Source: Lentisphaeria bacterium (GTDB lineage: Bacteria; Verrucomicrobiota; Lentisphaeria; JABSQK01; JAWLHB01). From it: a DNA stretch of 51,261 nucleotides. Positions 19,287-28,329 of this stretch are shown piece by piece. Location: positions 124,001-175,261 of the forward strand of contig JAWLHB010000013.1 in the NCBI GenBank assembly GCA_041690595.1. The letters run 5' to 3'. The notes beneath the pieces were generated by a model. It ran no database searches. It was not told where the DNA came from and was given only the letters and a program-made list of their open reading frames with translations. The first letter of the stretch is position 1. Every line of letters begins with the position of its first letter. A program made the position numbers and the translations under genes.

Positions 19287-19658
19287 ATGATCAAACTGCA
19301 GCGCATCGGCGAAGTCGGCCTGGTCGTAAGAGACCTTCGGTTGAGCCTCGACTGGTACTCCAGGCACTTCGGCATGCGCCACCTCTATGACGTCAGCAAC
19401 GGCGTCATCATCGGCGTTGGCGACGTTGAACTATGGCTGGCGGAAGCCGGTAATCCCGACTCCGCACGAGCATCCGATACCGCGGGAGATATCTGCATCC
19501 GTCTCGTCGGATTCCAGGTTGACGAAGAAGACTTCGACCGCATACTCGCCGAGTTCAGCGACGATGATGACCTCATCGAGGTCGATCATCCCCTTTACCG
19601 CAGTTGCATCATCGAGGATCCCGATGGCCACGCCATCGAACTCTACGTGCAGAAATAA
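19287..19658 (+). CDS. VOC/glyoxalase family protein
   Basis: EVGLVVRDL..SLDWY..FGM and EDPDGHAIEL. Confidence 0.88.
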   Translation: MIKLQRIGEVGLVVRDLRLSLDWYSRHFGMRHLYDVSNGVIIGVGDVELWLAEAGNPDSARASDTAGDICIRLVGFQVDEEDFDRILAEFSDDDDLIEVDHPLYRSCIIEDPDGHAIELYVQK

Positions 19659-19789
19659 GCGTACAGGTTATCAGACAATCCGCAACAAAGTCAGGTGCCT
19701 GTCGGTATAAATACTTGTCGATCAAGGATTGACAGCTCCAGAAGAGAGACCATACTAGCGAGGTAACATCCACCTCCAGAGGAGTCTCC

Positions 19790-21826
19790 ATGGAACCGCG
19801 ATTTGCTGACAGGCGCGAATGGATTTTCGATCGGGTACGCCAGGGTTTTCGTCCATACGTCACCAGTCAGGGTGTGTGGCAATCGCCTCCCGGCGCGAAT
19901 GCCCAGCCGGATCCGCGCGTTCTCGCGGAGGTAGCGCTGCCTTTCCTGCTGGGAGACGAAGCCGACCGCGCTCTGGCGGAATGCCTGCTGCGTGGGGAGG
20001 CCGTACGTGGCCGGATCAACCAGTGCAGTTTCACCACCGAGTATGTGCTTGCCGCCATTCATGGCGCCGGGGACTCCATGCCCGATGCCCTGCGCGATTA
20101 CCTGTACGAGCGCATCGAGGATGGACTGCTGCGCTATGCCAAGAAGGATCTTCAGCACCACGGCTACAACGACAACCACGTCACCCTGGCTACCGCATCC
20201 CTGATCCTCGGCGGCGAACTTATCGGAAATCGACAAGCCGTGGATGAAGGTCGGGCCAACCTGCTCAACTTCCGTGACACCTTCCTTCGGCGCGGCTTCA
20301 TGCACGAGACGAATGACTGCTACCTTCCGCATTCGCTCTACTCCACCGCCGCCGTTGCCGCTTTCGCCCGTGACGAGGAATGTCGGGAACTTGCCACCCA
20401 ATGTGAAGCCCGCATATGGGCCGATCTCATCGGTCACTGGCATCCCAACCTCGGCCGCAAGCCAGGCCCCAGCGCGCGTGACTATACCGGCGGTCGCCTC
20501 AATCAGTCCGGCTTCGCTCTGCTCCTCTGGCTCAACGTCGGCGACTGCCTGCCGCGAACCGCTACCTGCCATGAAGACGTCCTCTCGGAACAGCCTCCAC
20601 CCGAGCGCTACTTCGCCTTCAACGGCGATCCACACGACAACCACTGGAATCTCGGCTTTGCTGCCCGCCTGGCCGCCCATGACTATCACCTTCCCGAGGG
20701 CCTTCGCGAGCTGCTGACCGACCGCCGATTCCCTCACCGCATCCGCGGCACCCATGAAGTCGGCCACTTCAACGAAAGCGGCCGCACGCCCGACGGCGGC
20801 AACGATGTCCTGCCAGTGGCAATCCCCTTTTCCGCCCGCGAGATCTATACCGAGCAGTACCAGGAAGCGGATTGGGCAATGGGCACGGCGAGCCAGCGCA
20901 TGATCGGCAATTGTCCCAACAACAACTGGAGCATCGCCTGGCGCAAGCGGCAGCCCTTTACCCGCACCGCCGACCAGAACATCCTCTTCTGCTCATACAC
21001 CATCAATGACAAGTCCTGTACCGGCCGCCACGCCTTCGAGCTCGAACCCGGCATCACCTGCAACGAGGATGTGGAGCATTGGTTCGACAACGGCCGGTAC
21101 GCCGCGATCCAGCATGAGCGTACCGCCATCATGCTCTATCGGCCCCGCCTTCACGATCACCATCGGCTGACCTCTCTCGCGACAACCCTGGTCATGCCCT
21201 TCTGCTGGAAGAACCATGTCGATCGCCTCTGTCTCGGTGATCGCGACATCGAGGATTTCAACGGCGAGGCCGAGGAGCTGTGCGATATCTTCATCGCCGA
21301 CGGCCCCCTTTACATCGGCATCCGCCCCCTGCTCAGCCGCCCTCAGCCATGCGCGGGCCCCCGCATCATCGCCCGGCGCGAAGCCTGCTGGGGGACCATT
21401 CACCTGACCAGCTACCGCGGCCCGGCCATGGATCTGCCCGAGATCGACCTCTGCAGAATCGGCGGCGGCTTCCTCTGTGAAGTGGCAACCACCAGCGACT
21501 TTCCCACTCTCGATGCTTTCCGCGACTGGTTTCGCCAGGGAGAACTCCTCGACGATCAGCAGTTCTTCATGCGTCAGGTGCGCTATCAACGCGATGGGCT
21601 GGCCTTGGGTATCCGCTATGACGTGTGGAACGATGCCATCATGTATCGCATGCTCAATGGACGTAGCCTGCCCATGCCCCCCTTCGATTGCACCGGCATC
21701 GATCCCGCCTCGCTCCCCTGGCTGACTGACGATGCCGCCGACCTCGATCACCTGAGTTGGGCCGTCCGCCAGAGTCGCCGAGAGCTGGCTCCCCACTGCA
21801 TCGAACCAGGACGAATCACCCACTGA
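19790..21826 (+). CDS. Hypothetical protein; helical N-domain plus beta C-domain (heparinase II/III-like architecture)
   Basis: GAGGAG RBS; YNDNH..., HETNDCY, GPSARDY motifs; upstream TTGACA-16-CATACT. Confidence 0.7.
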   Translation: MEPRFADRREWIFDRVRQGFRPYVTSQGVWQSPPGANAQPDPRVLAEVALPFLLGDEADRALAECLLRGEAVRGRINQCSFTTEYVLAAIHGAGDSMPDALRDYLYERIEDGLLRYAKKDLQHHGYNDNHVTLATASLILGGELIGNRQAVDEGRANLLNFRDTFLRRGFMHETNDCYLPHSLYSTAAVAAFARDEECRELATQCEARIWADLIGHWHPNLGRKPGPSARDYTGGRLNQSGFALLLWLNVGDCLPRTATCHEDVLSEQPPPERYFAFNGDPHDNHWNLGFAARLAAHDYHLPEGLRELLTDRRFPHRIRGTHEVGHFNESGRTPDGGNDVLPVAIPFSAREIYTEQYQEADWAMGTASQRMIGNCPNNNWSIAWRKRQPFTRTADQNILFCSYTINDKSCTGRHAFELEPGITCNEDVEHWFDNGRYAAIQHERTAIMLYRPRLHDHHRLTSLATTLVMPFCWKNHVDRLCLGDRDIEDFNGEAEELCDIFIADGPLYIGIRPLLSRPQPCAGPRIIARREACWGTIHLTSYRGPAMDLPEIDLCRIGGGFLCEVATTSDFPTLDAFRDWFRQGELLDDQQFFMRQVRYQRDGLALGIRYDVWNDAIMYRMLNGRSLPMPPFDCTGIDPASLPWLTDDAADLDHLSWAVRQSRRELAPHCIEPGRITH

Positions 21827-21835
21827 AGGAAACCC

Positions 21836-23641
21836 ATGCTCATGAAGTTCCTCGTCCCATGCCTCCTGGCGGCATGCCTGGCTCAGGGCCAGTTGCCCTA
21901 TGCCGTAAGCCCAGTCGATGACGCGCCGGCGACCTTTGAGCTCACCCGCGATGGAACCAGCCATGGCGTCGCCTCCCTCGCCTGGGATCGGCAGGGGCTG
22001 CGGTTGACGGCGACGATCCGTGACTCGACGCCGCTCCCGCTCGATGCCGTCGACATTACCATCGCCGACGCCTATCGAGCGGATTCCATCGAGATCTGGG
22101 TCAACCGCCACCAGTTCGTCCTCGCGGATACCCCCTACGGCTTGGCCCTGTATGACTACCTCTACCAGGAGCCGGTCGCCACCTCCAGCGGTGAGATCAT
22201 CCACACGGAGGAGCAGTACGAGGTCATGGCGCATCTGCCATGGTCGGTCATCGGGCTGGATCCGCGGCCCGGCTCCACCTTCCAGGTCGCCATCCAGATC
22301 AACGATCGCCGGCAGATCGCCTCCCCGGATGGGAAATGGAAAGAGCGCGTCGTCCAGACCCTGTTTCCCGAGCAGGCCGTCTGGGATCGCCCCAGCACCT
22401 ACGGCACCGTTTATCTGCAGCAAGGTCCCCTTCCCGCGGGAACGTCCGCAAGCCCCGTTCCTCTGGCTATCCTGAACCTGCGCGCACTTGCCTATGCCAA
22501 GCAGACCGAAGCCTATGTCCACCGCACCCCCCACTTTGCCAACGCCCCCATGATCCTGCGCCTGCTCGATCCGGACAATGCCGTTTTTGCCGAATTCGAT
22601 GTACCGGCCGGAGCAGGAGAGCAGCGCCTGATCCTGCCGTGGAATGAGGCCCGTACCGGCATCTTCTCCGCCGCGCTTTATCTGGTTGACGGCGAACAGC
22701 TCCTTGGCCCCGTCGCCGAGCCCTACTTCAATGCCGGCTCCGTCCCCATTGCCGACTACCGTTCCGATCGGCAACCGCCCGAAGATCTCCGGGAATTCTG
22801 GACAGCTTCCGTTACCGCCATGCGACAGCGCCCCTTTTCCGCGGAGTCTCTCCCCTTCGACTCCCCCTGGCCCGCCATCGAGGTGCGCAAGGTGCGGCTG
22901 GCGAATCACCGGGGGAACCCAATGATCGTCTATCTTTCACGCCATACCGAGGATACGGGCGCCCTGCCCGCGCACCTCAACGTCTATCCCCCCATGCGAG
23001 CCGACGCTCCCGTCAAGCCACGCCGAGGGGCAATCGGCCTCACCTTCAGCGGTTCCCTTCAGGGGCAATGCCGCCTCCCTGAACAGAGCGCCGATGAAGG
23101 GCTCTGGGCTCGGGCGGAGTCCCTCGCCGATTCCTACTGGCTTGACGTCGTCCTCGACGCCGTCCGGGCGCTCGACTACCTCGCGGCACAGGAAGAAAGC
23201 GACGGGAAGGCAACCGTCAGTGGTGGCAGTCGGGGCGGGTGGTATGCCATGGCGATTGCCGCGGTGGCGCCCGATCGTCTTCGCCTGGCGCGCTTCACCT
23301 CGCCATGCTATGCCGACGTCACCATGAACATGCACCTGGGATACGGCTCCGCCGCCACGGAGATCTATTCCGTTTTCACCCGGGATCGGGTCAGGACCGA
23401 TGGGCGAATCTTCGCAACCTTCCGCTATTTCGATCCCCTCTTCCTGGCTTCCCTGATACGCATGCCCGTCATCTTCAGTGCCGGGCTTCAGGACAACATC
23501 TGCTCTGCCATCGGGATGACCGCCGCCGCTCACAACATTCCGCCCGGCCATGCATACTTCCTCCTCGATCCCGAAGCCGGCCATGGCGGCTCTCCCCAGC
23601 TCTCGCCCTTCATCCAGTCGCTCGTCGACTCCATCCCCTGA
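21836..23641 (+). CDS. Secreted CBM9-like domain plus acetylxylan esterase (CE7-like) alpha/beta hydrolase
   Basis: Signal peptide; AWD..GL..D..DSIEIW..IQIND sugar-binding pattern; PEDLREFW, DAVRALDYL, GGSRGG, GLQDNIC, AGHG. Confidence 0.8.
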   Translation: MLMKFLVPCLLAACLAQGQLPYAVSPVDDAPATFELTRDGTSHGVASLAWDRQGLRLTATIRDSTPLPLDAVDITIADAYRADSIEIWVNRHQFVLADTPYGLALYDYLYQEPVATSSGEIIHTEEQYEVMAHLPWSVIGLDPRPGSTFQVAIQINDRRQIASPDGKWKERVVQTLFPEQAVWDRPSTYGTVYLQQGPLPAGTSASPVPLAILNLRALAYAKQTEAYVHRTPHFANAPMILRLLDPDNAVFAEFDVPAGAGEQRLILPWNEARTGIFSAALYLVDGEQLLGPVAEPYFNAGSVPIADYRSDRQPPEDLREFWTASVTAMRQRPFSAESLPFDSPWPAIEVRKVRLANHRGNPMIVYLSRHTEDTGALPAHLNVYPPMRADAPVKPRRGAIGLTFSGSLQGQCRLPEQSADEGLWARAESLADSYWLDVVLDAVRALDYLAAQEESDGKATVSGGSRGGWYAMAIAAVAPDRLRLARFTSPCYADVTMNMHLGYGSAATEIYSVFTRDRVRTDGRIFATFRYFDPLFLASLIRMPVIFSAGLQDNICSAIGMTAAAHNIPPGHAYFLLDPEAGHGGSPQLSPFIQSLVDSIP

Positions 23642-23772
23642 TGGCCGGAATTTCAGGCGCCCGACCCCGCAATCGGGTTTACGCTTAACGGGAAACCACT
23701 CTATGTTAAGCGCACAAGGAAACGTCATCACCATCGAGATCTGTCCCCTCGGGGGAGAAAGGCCAAGCCTGA

Positions 23773-24495
23773 ATGAGCGAAACGAAAGTGAAGTACAACG
23801 AACTGCTGCCGGCGGAATTTCGCGAGCGGCTGAAGCAACGACCACTTGCCTACCTGCCTCTCGGTACACTCGAGTGGCACGGCGAACACCTGCCTCTCGG
23901 CGCGGATGCCATCATCAGTGAAGATCTGATGGTCGAAGCTGCGCGGCGCTATGGTGGCATCGTCATGCCCCCCATACATATCGGCCCCGATCGAAACATG
24001 TACGATGAAGATGGGCTGCACCTGCAGGGCATGGATTTGGCCGAGTCCACCGATCCGCCGCGCCAGCTCCCGGGCAGTTGCTACTGGATTCCCATCGACC
24101 TCTTCAGCTACATGATCGACTGCATGCTCGTGCAGTTTCAGCGGGCCGGCTTCCGGGCGGTCTTTGCCGATGGGCACGGCCCCTCACGCTATGCATGGGT
24201 TACTGAAATCGCGGAGCGCGAGGAGAATTTCGACCTGCGCCTCCTTGGCGTCACCGAGGAGTACGGCAACCGCTGGCGTTCACAAATGGATCACGCGGCC
24301 CTCAACGAAACCTCCCTTCTCATGCTGGCGCGCCCCGATCTCGTCGATCTGAGCCGCCTGCCCGAAAGCCGTACCGCCCGCCCAGAAGGGGTATCCGGCT
24401 GCGATCCCCGTGACGCAACCGCCGAGCATGGTCGCAAATGCCGCGAAACCAGTCTTCGACTCCTCGCCGAGATGCTCGAAAAGGCCAACCTCTAA
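23773..24495 (+). CDS. Creatininase family amidohydrolase
   Basis: PLGTLEWHGEHLPLGAD, DGHG, DHAALNETS. Confidence 0.9.
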   Translation: MSETKVKYNELLPAEFRERLKQRPLAYLPLGTLEWHGEHLPLGADAIISEDLMVEAARRYGGIVMPPIHIGPDRNMYDEDGLHLQGMDLAESTDPPRQLPGSCYWIPIDLFSYMIDCMLVQFQRAGFRAVFADGHGPSRYAWVTEIAEREENFDLRLLGVTEEYGNRWRSQMDHAALNETSLLMLARPDLVDLSRLPESRTARPEGVSGCDPRDATAEHGRKCRETSLRLLAEMLEKANL

Positions 24496-24515
24496 CAGGA
24501 GATCATCCTATCCTG

Positions 24516-25859
24516 ATGGCGCATACCTACTATCGGCTCCACCTGATCATCGCCATCTTCTGCCTTGCGCTGGCTGTCTTCCCAGCGGCCCGCGGCGGCT
24601 TCACCCTGGCACAGTTGCCAGGCTTGCCGGCACCGCAACAAGAGGCAGTCGAAATCGCTGTCGACGATGAAAGCGATACCCATGAAGCTCGCCAGATTCA
24701 GTTGGACGTTCTGCTCGACAATCGCCCCCAGGATTGGCTGATTCTCCTCATCACCATCTTCCTGGGCGTGCTGACGGGCCGCATCCTCTCCAGCCTCCTT
24801 CGTCGCGCCGGCACCCGCCTTGAAGATGGACGGCTCAGTGTTGGGGGGCAGCTTCTGAACGCCGCCGCCAGCCCCATCAGCCTGGCCATCGTCGCCATTG
24901 CGCTTCGTGTTGGCATCATGCGCCTGCAGATGGGGCCGGCGCTTGGAGCGTTCTGGCCGGATGTCGTCACCTTCCTCCTTTATATCAGCATCATCTGGTT
25001 CCTCTTCAATGCAGTCGATCTGGTCGAGATCGGCATGCGTCGCTACATCAGCGCGCGCCATCCGAGCGAGCTGGCCATGATGATGATCCCCATGGTGCGA
25101 AAGTCACTGCGCATCTGCGTGATCGTCTGGGGCATCATGCTCATTGCCGACAACGTCTTCGATCAGGATATCGGTGCCTGGCTGGCCGGCGTGGGCATTG
25201 CGGGCCTGGCTGTATCACTCGCCGCCCAGGATTCCCTCAAGAATCTCTTCGGCTCCGTCACCATTCTCCTCGACAAGCCCTTCAAGGTCGGCGACCGCAT
25301 CGTGTACAAAGGGTATGATGGCCCCGTCGAGGATATCGGCTTCCGCTCCACCAAGGTGCGTACGCTCAGTGGCAACCTCGTCACCATACCCAACTCGAAC
25401 ATCGTCAACGATCCCGTTGAGAACATCAGCGCCCGCCCGAGCATCCAGCGCGTCATGAACATCACCATCACCTATGATACCCCGGCCGACAAGATACGCC
25501 AAGCCGTCGAGATCCTCCGCGCCGTCTGCGAAGAAGAGGGCATCGCCGAGCCCATCCACGGCAAGATCGGCAACGACGAATTCCCACCGCGCGTCTACTT
25601 CAACAGCTTCAACAGCGACAGCCTCAATATCCTGGTCATCTACTGGTTCTTTCCGCCCGCGTACTGGGACTTTCTCGACCATGCGCAGCGCTTGAATCTG
25701 CGCATCTTCGAAGCCTTCGAAGAGGCAGGCATCGACTTCGCCTTCCCCACTCAGACACTCTTCCTTGCCGGCGATGAGAAGCGGCGGCTGGCTGTCGAAC
25801 TTCTCGGCCAGGAGTTCCCGCCACGCGACCTCTCCGCCCCGCCTGCGCCGTCGCAGTGA
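24516..25859 (+). CDS. MscS family mechanosensitive channel
   Basis: GIAGLAVSLAAQDSLKN, DKPFKVGDRI, GPVEDIGFRST, IPNS, GIDFAFPT. Confidence 0.92.
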   Translation: MAHTYYRLHLIIAIFCLALAVFPAARGGFTLAQLPGLPAPQQEAVEIAVDDESDTHEARQIQLDVLLDNRPQDWLILLITIFLGVLTGRILSSLLRRAGTRLEDGRLSVGGQLLNAAASPISLAIVAIALRVGIMRLQMGPALGAFWPDVVTFLLYISIIWFLFNAVDLVEIGMRRYISARHPSELAMMMIPMVRKSLRICVIVWGIMLIADNVFDQDIGAWLAGVGIAGLAVSLAAQDSLKNLFGSVTILLDKPFKVGDRIVYKGYDGPVEDIGFRSTKVRTLSGNLVTIPNSNIVNDPVENISARPSIQRVMNITITYDTPADKIRQAVEILRAVCEEEGIAEPIHGKIGNDEFPPRVYFNSFNSDSLNILVIYWFFPPAYWDFLDHAQRLNLRIFEAFEEAGIDFAFPTQTLFLAGDEKRRLAVELLGQEFPPRDLSAPPAPSQ

Positions 25860-25977
25860 GCACTCCAGCCATTCCATGCGCTTGAAAAAGGCCGCCCGAG
25901 GAGTATCCTCTATACAGTCTGCCATGGCCAATCCGGGTTCGGCAGGGTCGCCACGATGAGGTGAACGCAGCAACCAT

Positions 25978-27357
25978 GTGGTTGAGATGCAGGAACCCCC
26001 GATACATCTACTGCTGATCGATGAGGACGCCGACGATGCGCGCCAGATCGGTGCGTTGCTCGCGCGCCAGGAAGAGCAGCTTTTCGACATCGTGGTTGCC
26101 GTCGACCTGCCTAATGCCCTCGACCTTCTGCAGCAGCAGCGTTTCGATCTCATCCTGATCGACTTCTCCCTCACCGGAGCCGCCGGGCTGCAGGGCTTCT
26201 ACTATGTCCGAGCCCAGGCAGGTCAGACACCGATTGTTCTGCTGACCCAGCACGAAGATCAGAATCTCGCCATGCAGGCACTGGCCAAGGGCGCACAGGA
26301 TTTCATCGTCAAAGGCAAGATCGGTCCTCTCCAGTTGGTCCGGTCGCTCCAGTTTGCCATCGTCCGCCATCAGCGCCTGATCAATGTCCGCGGCGACCTT
26401 GGCGACACGACCATCATCGAACCCACCAGCACCACCGAACGTAATCAGCAGCTTGCCACCGATTACGGGCTCCTCACTCTCGAAAGGCTGATCGGCGAAG
26501 GCGCCAGCAGCACTGTCTTTCTTGCCTCCACCGAGAATCCCAACCTGCCCTCCAGCGTCGCGATCAAGCTGCTCAAGACGCGAGCGACAGAGACGAAGGA
26601 GGCCTGTGATTCCTGGCGTCGGATCTTCCAGAGGGAATGCGGACTTGCGACCGAGCTGAACCACGATAATGTCGTGCGAGTCTTTGGTTGCGGTATGACC
26701 CAACGCGGGAATCACCGCATCCCCTTCATCCTCATGGAATATGTCGAAGGCAGGGCCATCGAGGAAGCCGCAGAACGGCTTGCCGCCATGGACATTCGCC
26801 AGAAGGTGAGGCTTCTCGTGCAGATCTCTCATGGGCTCCAGGCCATCCACGACGCGAATATCCGGCATGGAGACATCAAGCCCGGCAATATCCTGCTGAC
26901 CGAGGATGACCGGATCAAGATCAGTGATTTTGGCATTTCCGGCAGATTGCTCGAATCGACCCAGACCTTGGATTCACCGCTTATCGGTTCCCCCGCCTAC
27001 ATGCCCCCTGAAGCACTCGCGCGAAGCGAACTCGACGGGCGCTCCGATCTCTTCTCCCTAGGCGTCCTCGCCTACGAAATGCTGCTCAACCAACGCCCAT
27101 TTCAAGGCAAGATCATCGAGCGCCTCAGTAAACAGATCCGCTTCAATCGTCCGGTTGAGCCACGGAAAATCGATCATGACTTTCCCGACCCCCTGCAGCG
27201 CATACTTGCCCGCTGCCTGCGGAAAGTCCCCGACGATCGTTACGACAGCGCGGCGCAGTTGGCCGGCGATCTGGAAGCCTGGCTCGACGATCGTGAGCCG
27301 CCGCTTGCCCCCGCCGCAAGCCGCATTCTCTCGTGGGGCAGCAAAGACTGGGCGTAG
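25978..27357 (+). CDS. Response-regulator receiver domain fused to a Hanks-type Ser/Thr kinase
   Basis: REC: LLIDED, LILID, LLT, DFIVK. Kinase: IGEGASSTV, VAIK, HGDIKPGN, DFG, GSPAYMPPE, SDLFSLG. Confidence 0.9.
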   Translation: MVEMQEPPIHLLLIDEDADDARQIGALLARQEEQLFDIVVAVDLPNALDLLQQQRFDLILIDFSLTGAAGLQGFYYVRAQAGQTPIVLLTQHEDQNLAMQALAKGAQDFIVKGKIGPLQLVRSLQFAIVRHQRLINVRGDLGDTTIIEPTSTTERNQQLATDYGLLTLERLIGEGASSTVFLASTENPNLPSSVAIKLLKTRATETKEACDSWRRIFQRECGLATELNHDNVVRVFGCGMTQRGNHRIPFILMEYVEGRAIEEAAERLAAMDIRQKVRLLVQISHGLQAIHDANIRHGDIKPGNILLTEDDRIKISDFGISGRLLESTQTLDSPLIGSPAYMPPEALARSELDGRSDLFSLGVLAYEMLLNQRPFQGKIIERLSKQIRFNRPVEPRKIDHDFPDPLQRILARCLRKVPDDRYDSAAQLAGDLEAWLDDREPPLAPAASRILSWGSKDWA

Positions 27358-27478
27358 CCGCTTTTGTTCCGCGCTATTGAAATTGGTCAACAATTCGCTA
27401 CTTTCATCGACGTATGTCCACTTCCGGCTCGGCAGATCGTGCCGCCGGCATAACCTTGTTCCGCAGCAGGAGTCTTCC

Positions 27479-27946
27479 ATGTCCATCGCTTCCATCCATG
27501 TTTCCGATCTACCTGAAGTGACCTACGAGAAGGGCTATCTGCTCTTTGAGGAAGGCAAGCCAGGCAAGAGTGTCTACGTCCTCAAGGAAGGCCAGGTGAG
27601 CATCGTCGCCGGCGGCAACGAGATCTGCAAGGTCGACGATAAAGATACCATTTTCGGCGAGATCTCCATCCTTCTCAACTGCCCCGCCAGCGCCAGCGTC
27701 GTCGTGGAACAAAAGGCGACTTTTCACGTCATCGAGGATCTCAAGGCCTACATGCATGAGCAGCCCGACTTTGCGGTCCATGTCTCCAGGATACTTGCCA
27801 AGCGCGTGGCTGACATGAACAAGTACTACGTTCAGATCAAGCAGGAACTGGTGAAGTCCGAGAGCAATCCAGCGGCCAGGTTCAGCAAGAAGCTGTGGGA
27901 TCTTGTCGTCAAGGTGGATCGCTTCTGGGGGCGCGAGGTGCTCTGA
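27479..27946 (+). CDS. Stand-alone cyclic-nucleotide-binding domain protein
   Basis: LFEEG..G..VYVLKEG.V, IFGEISIL..ASASV; no HTH; AGGAG RBS. Confidence 0.85.
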   Translation: MSIASIHVSDLPEVTYEKGYLLFEEGKPGKSVYVLKEGQVSIVAGGNEICKVDDKDTIFGEISILLNCPASASVVVEQKATFHVIEDLKAYMHEQPDFAVHVSRILAKRVADMNKYYVQIKQELVKSESNPAARFSKKLWDLVVKVDRFWGREVL

Positions 27947-28329
27947 TGAAGACCATCAAGAAGCAGCTGCTGATCTGCGTGGCGCTTGCCGCCCTCCTCG
28001 CCGGTTGTCGCGAGGAGGTGTCCGGCGAAGCCGCGAAACAACCGGTGGACCCCGCCCGGGCGGCAACCGTGACGATCGCGATCGAGGGCATGCACTGCGA
28101 TGGCTGTGCCGGCACCATCCAGAAAGGCCTTGCCGCCATGGAAGGCGTCGACAGCTGCACCGTCAGTTTTGAAAACAAGCTCGCGGTGGTCACCTACGAC
28201 AAGGAGCAGCTCTCACCGGAGGCTGTCGCGGCAGCGATCCGAGAGATCGACCCGGCCTATTCCGCCGCGGTCAGGGATCCAGCGGCCGCCGAGGTCGACG
28301 AATCGGATACGCCGCCGGCGACTCAGTGA
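27946..28329 (+). CDS. Heavy-metal-associated (HMA/CopZ/MerP-like) lipoprotein
   Basis: LLAGC lipobox; IEGMHCDGC; TGATG overlap with the previous gene. Confidence 0.88.
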   Translation: MKTIKKQLLICVALAALLAGCREEVSGEAAKQPVDPARAATVTIAIEGMHCDGCAGTIQKGLAAMEGVDSCTVSFENKLAVVTYDKEQLSPEAVAAAIREIDPAYSAAVRDPAAAEVDESDTPPATQ

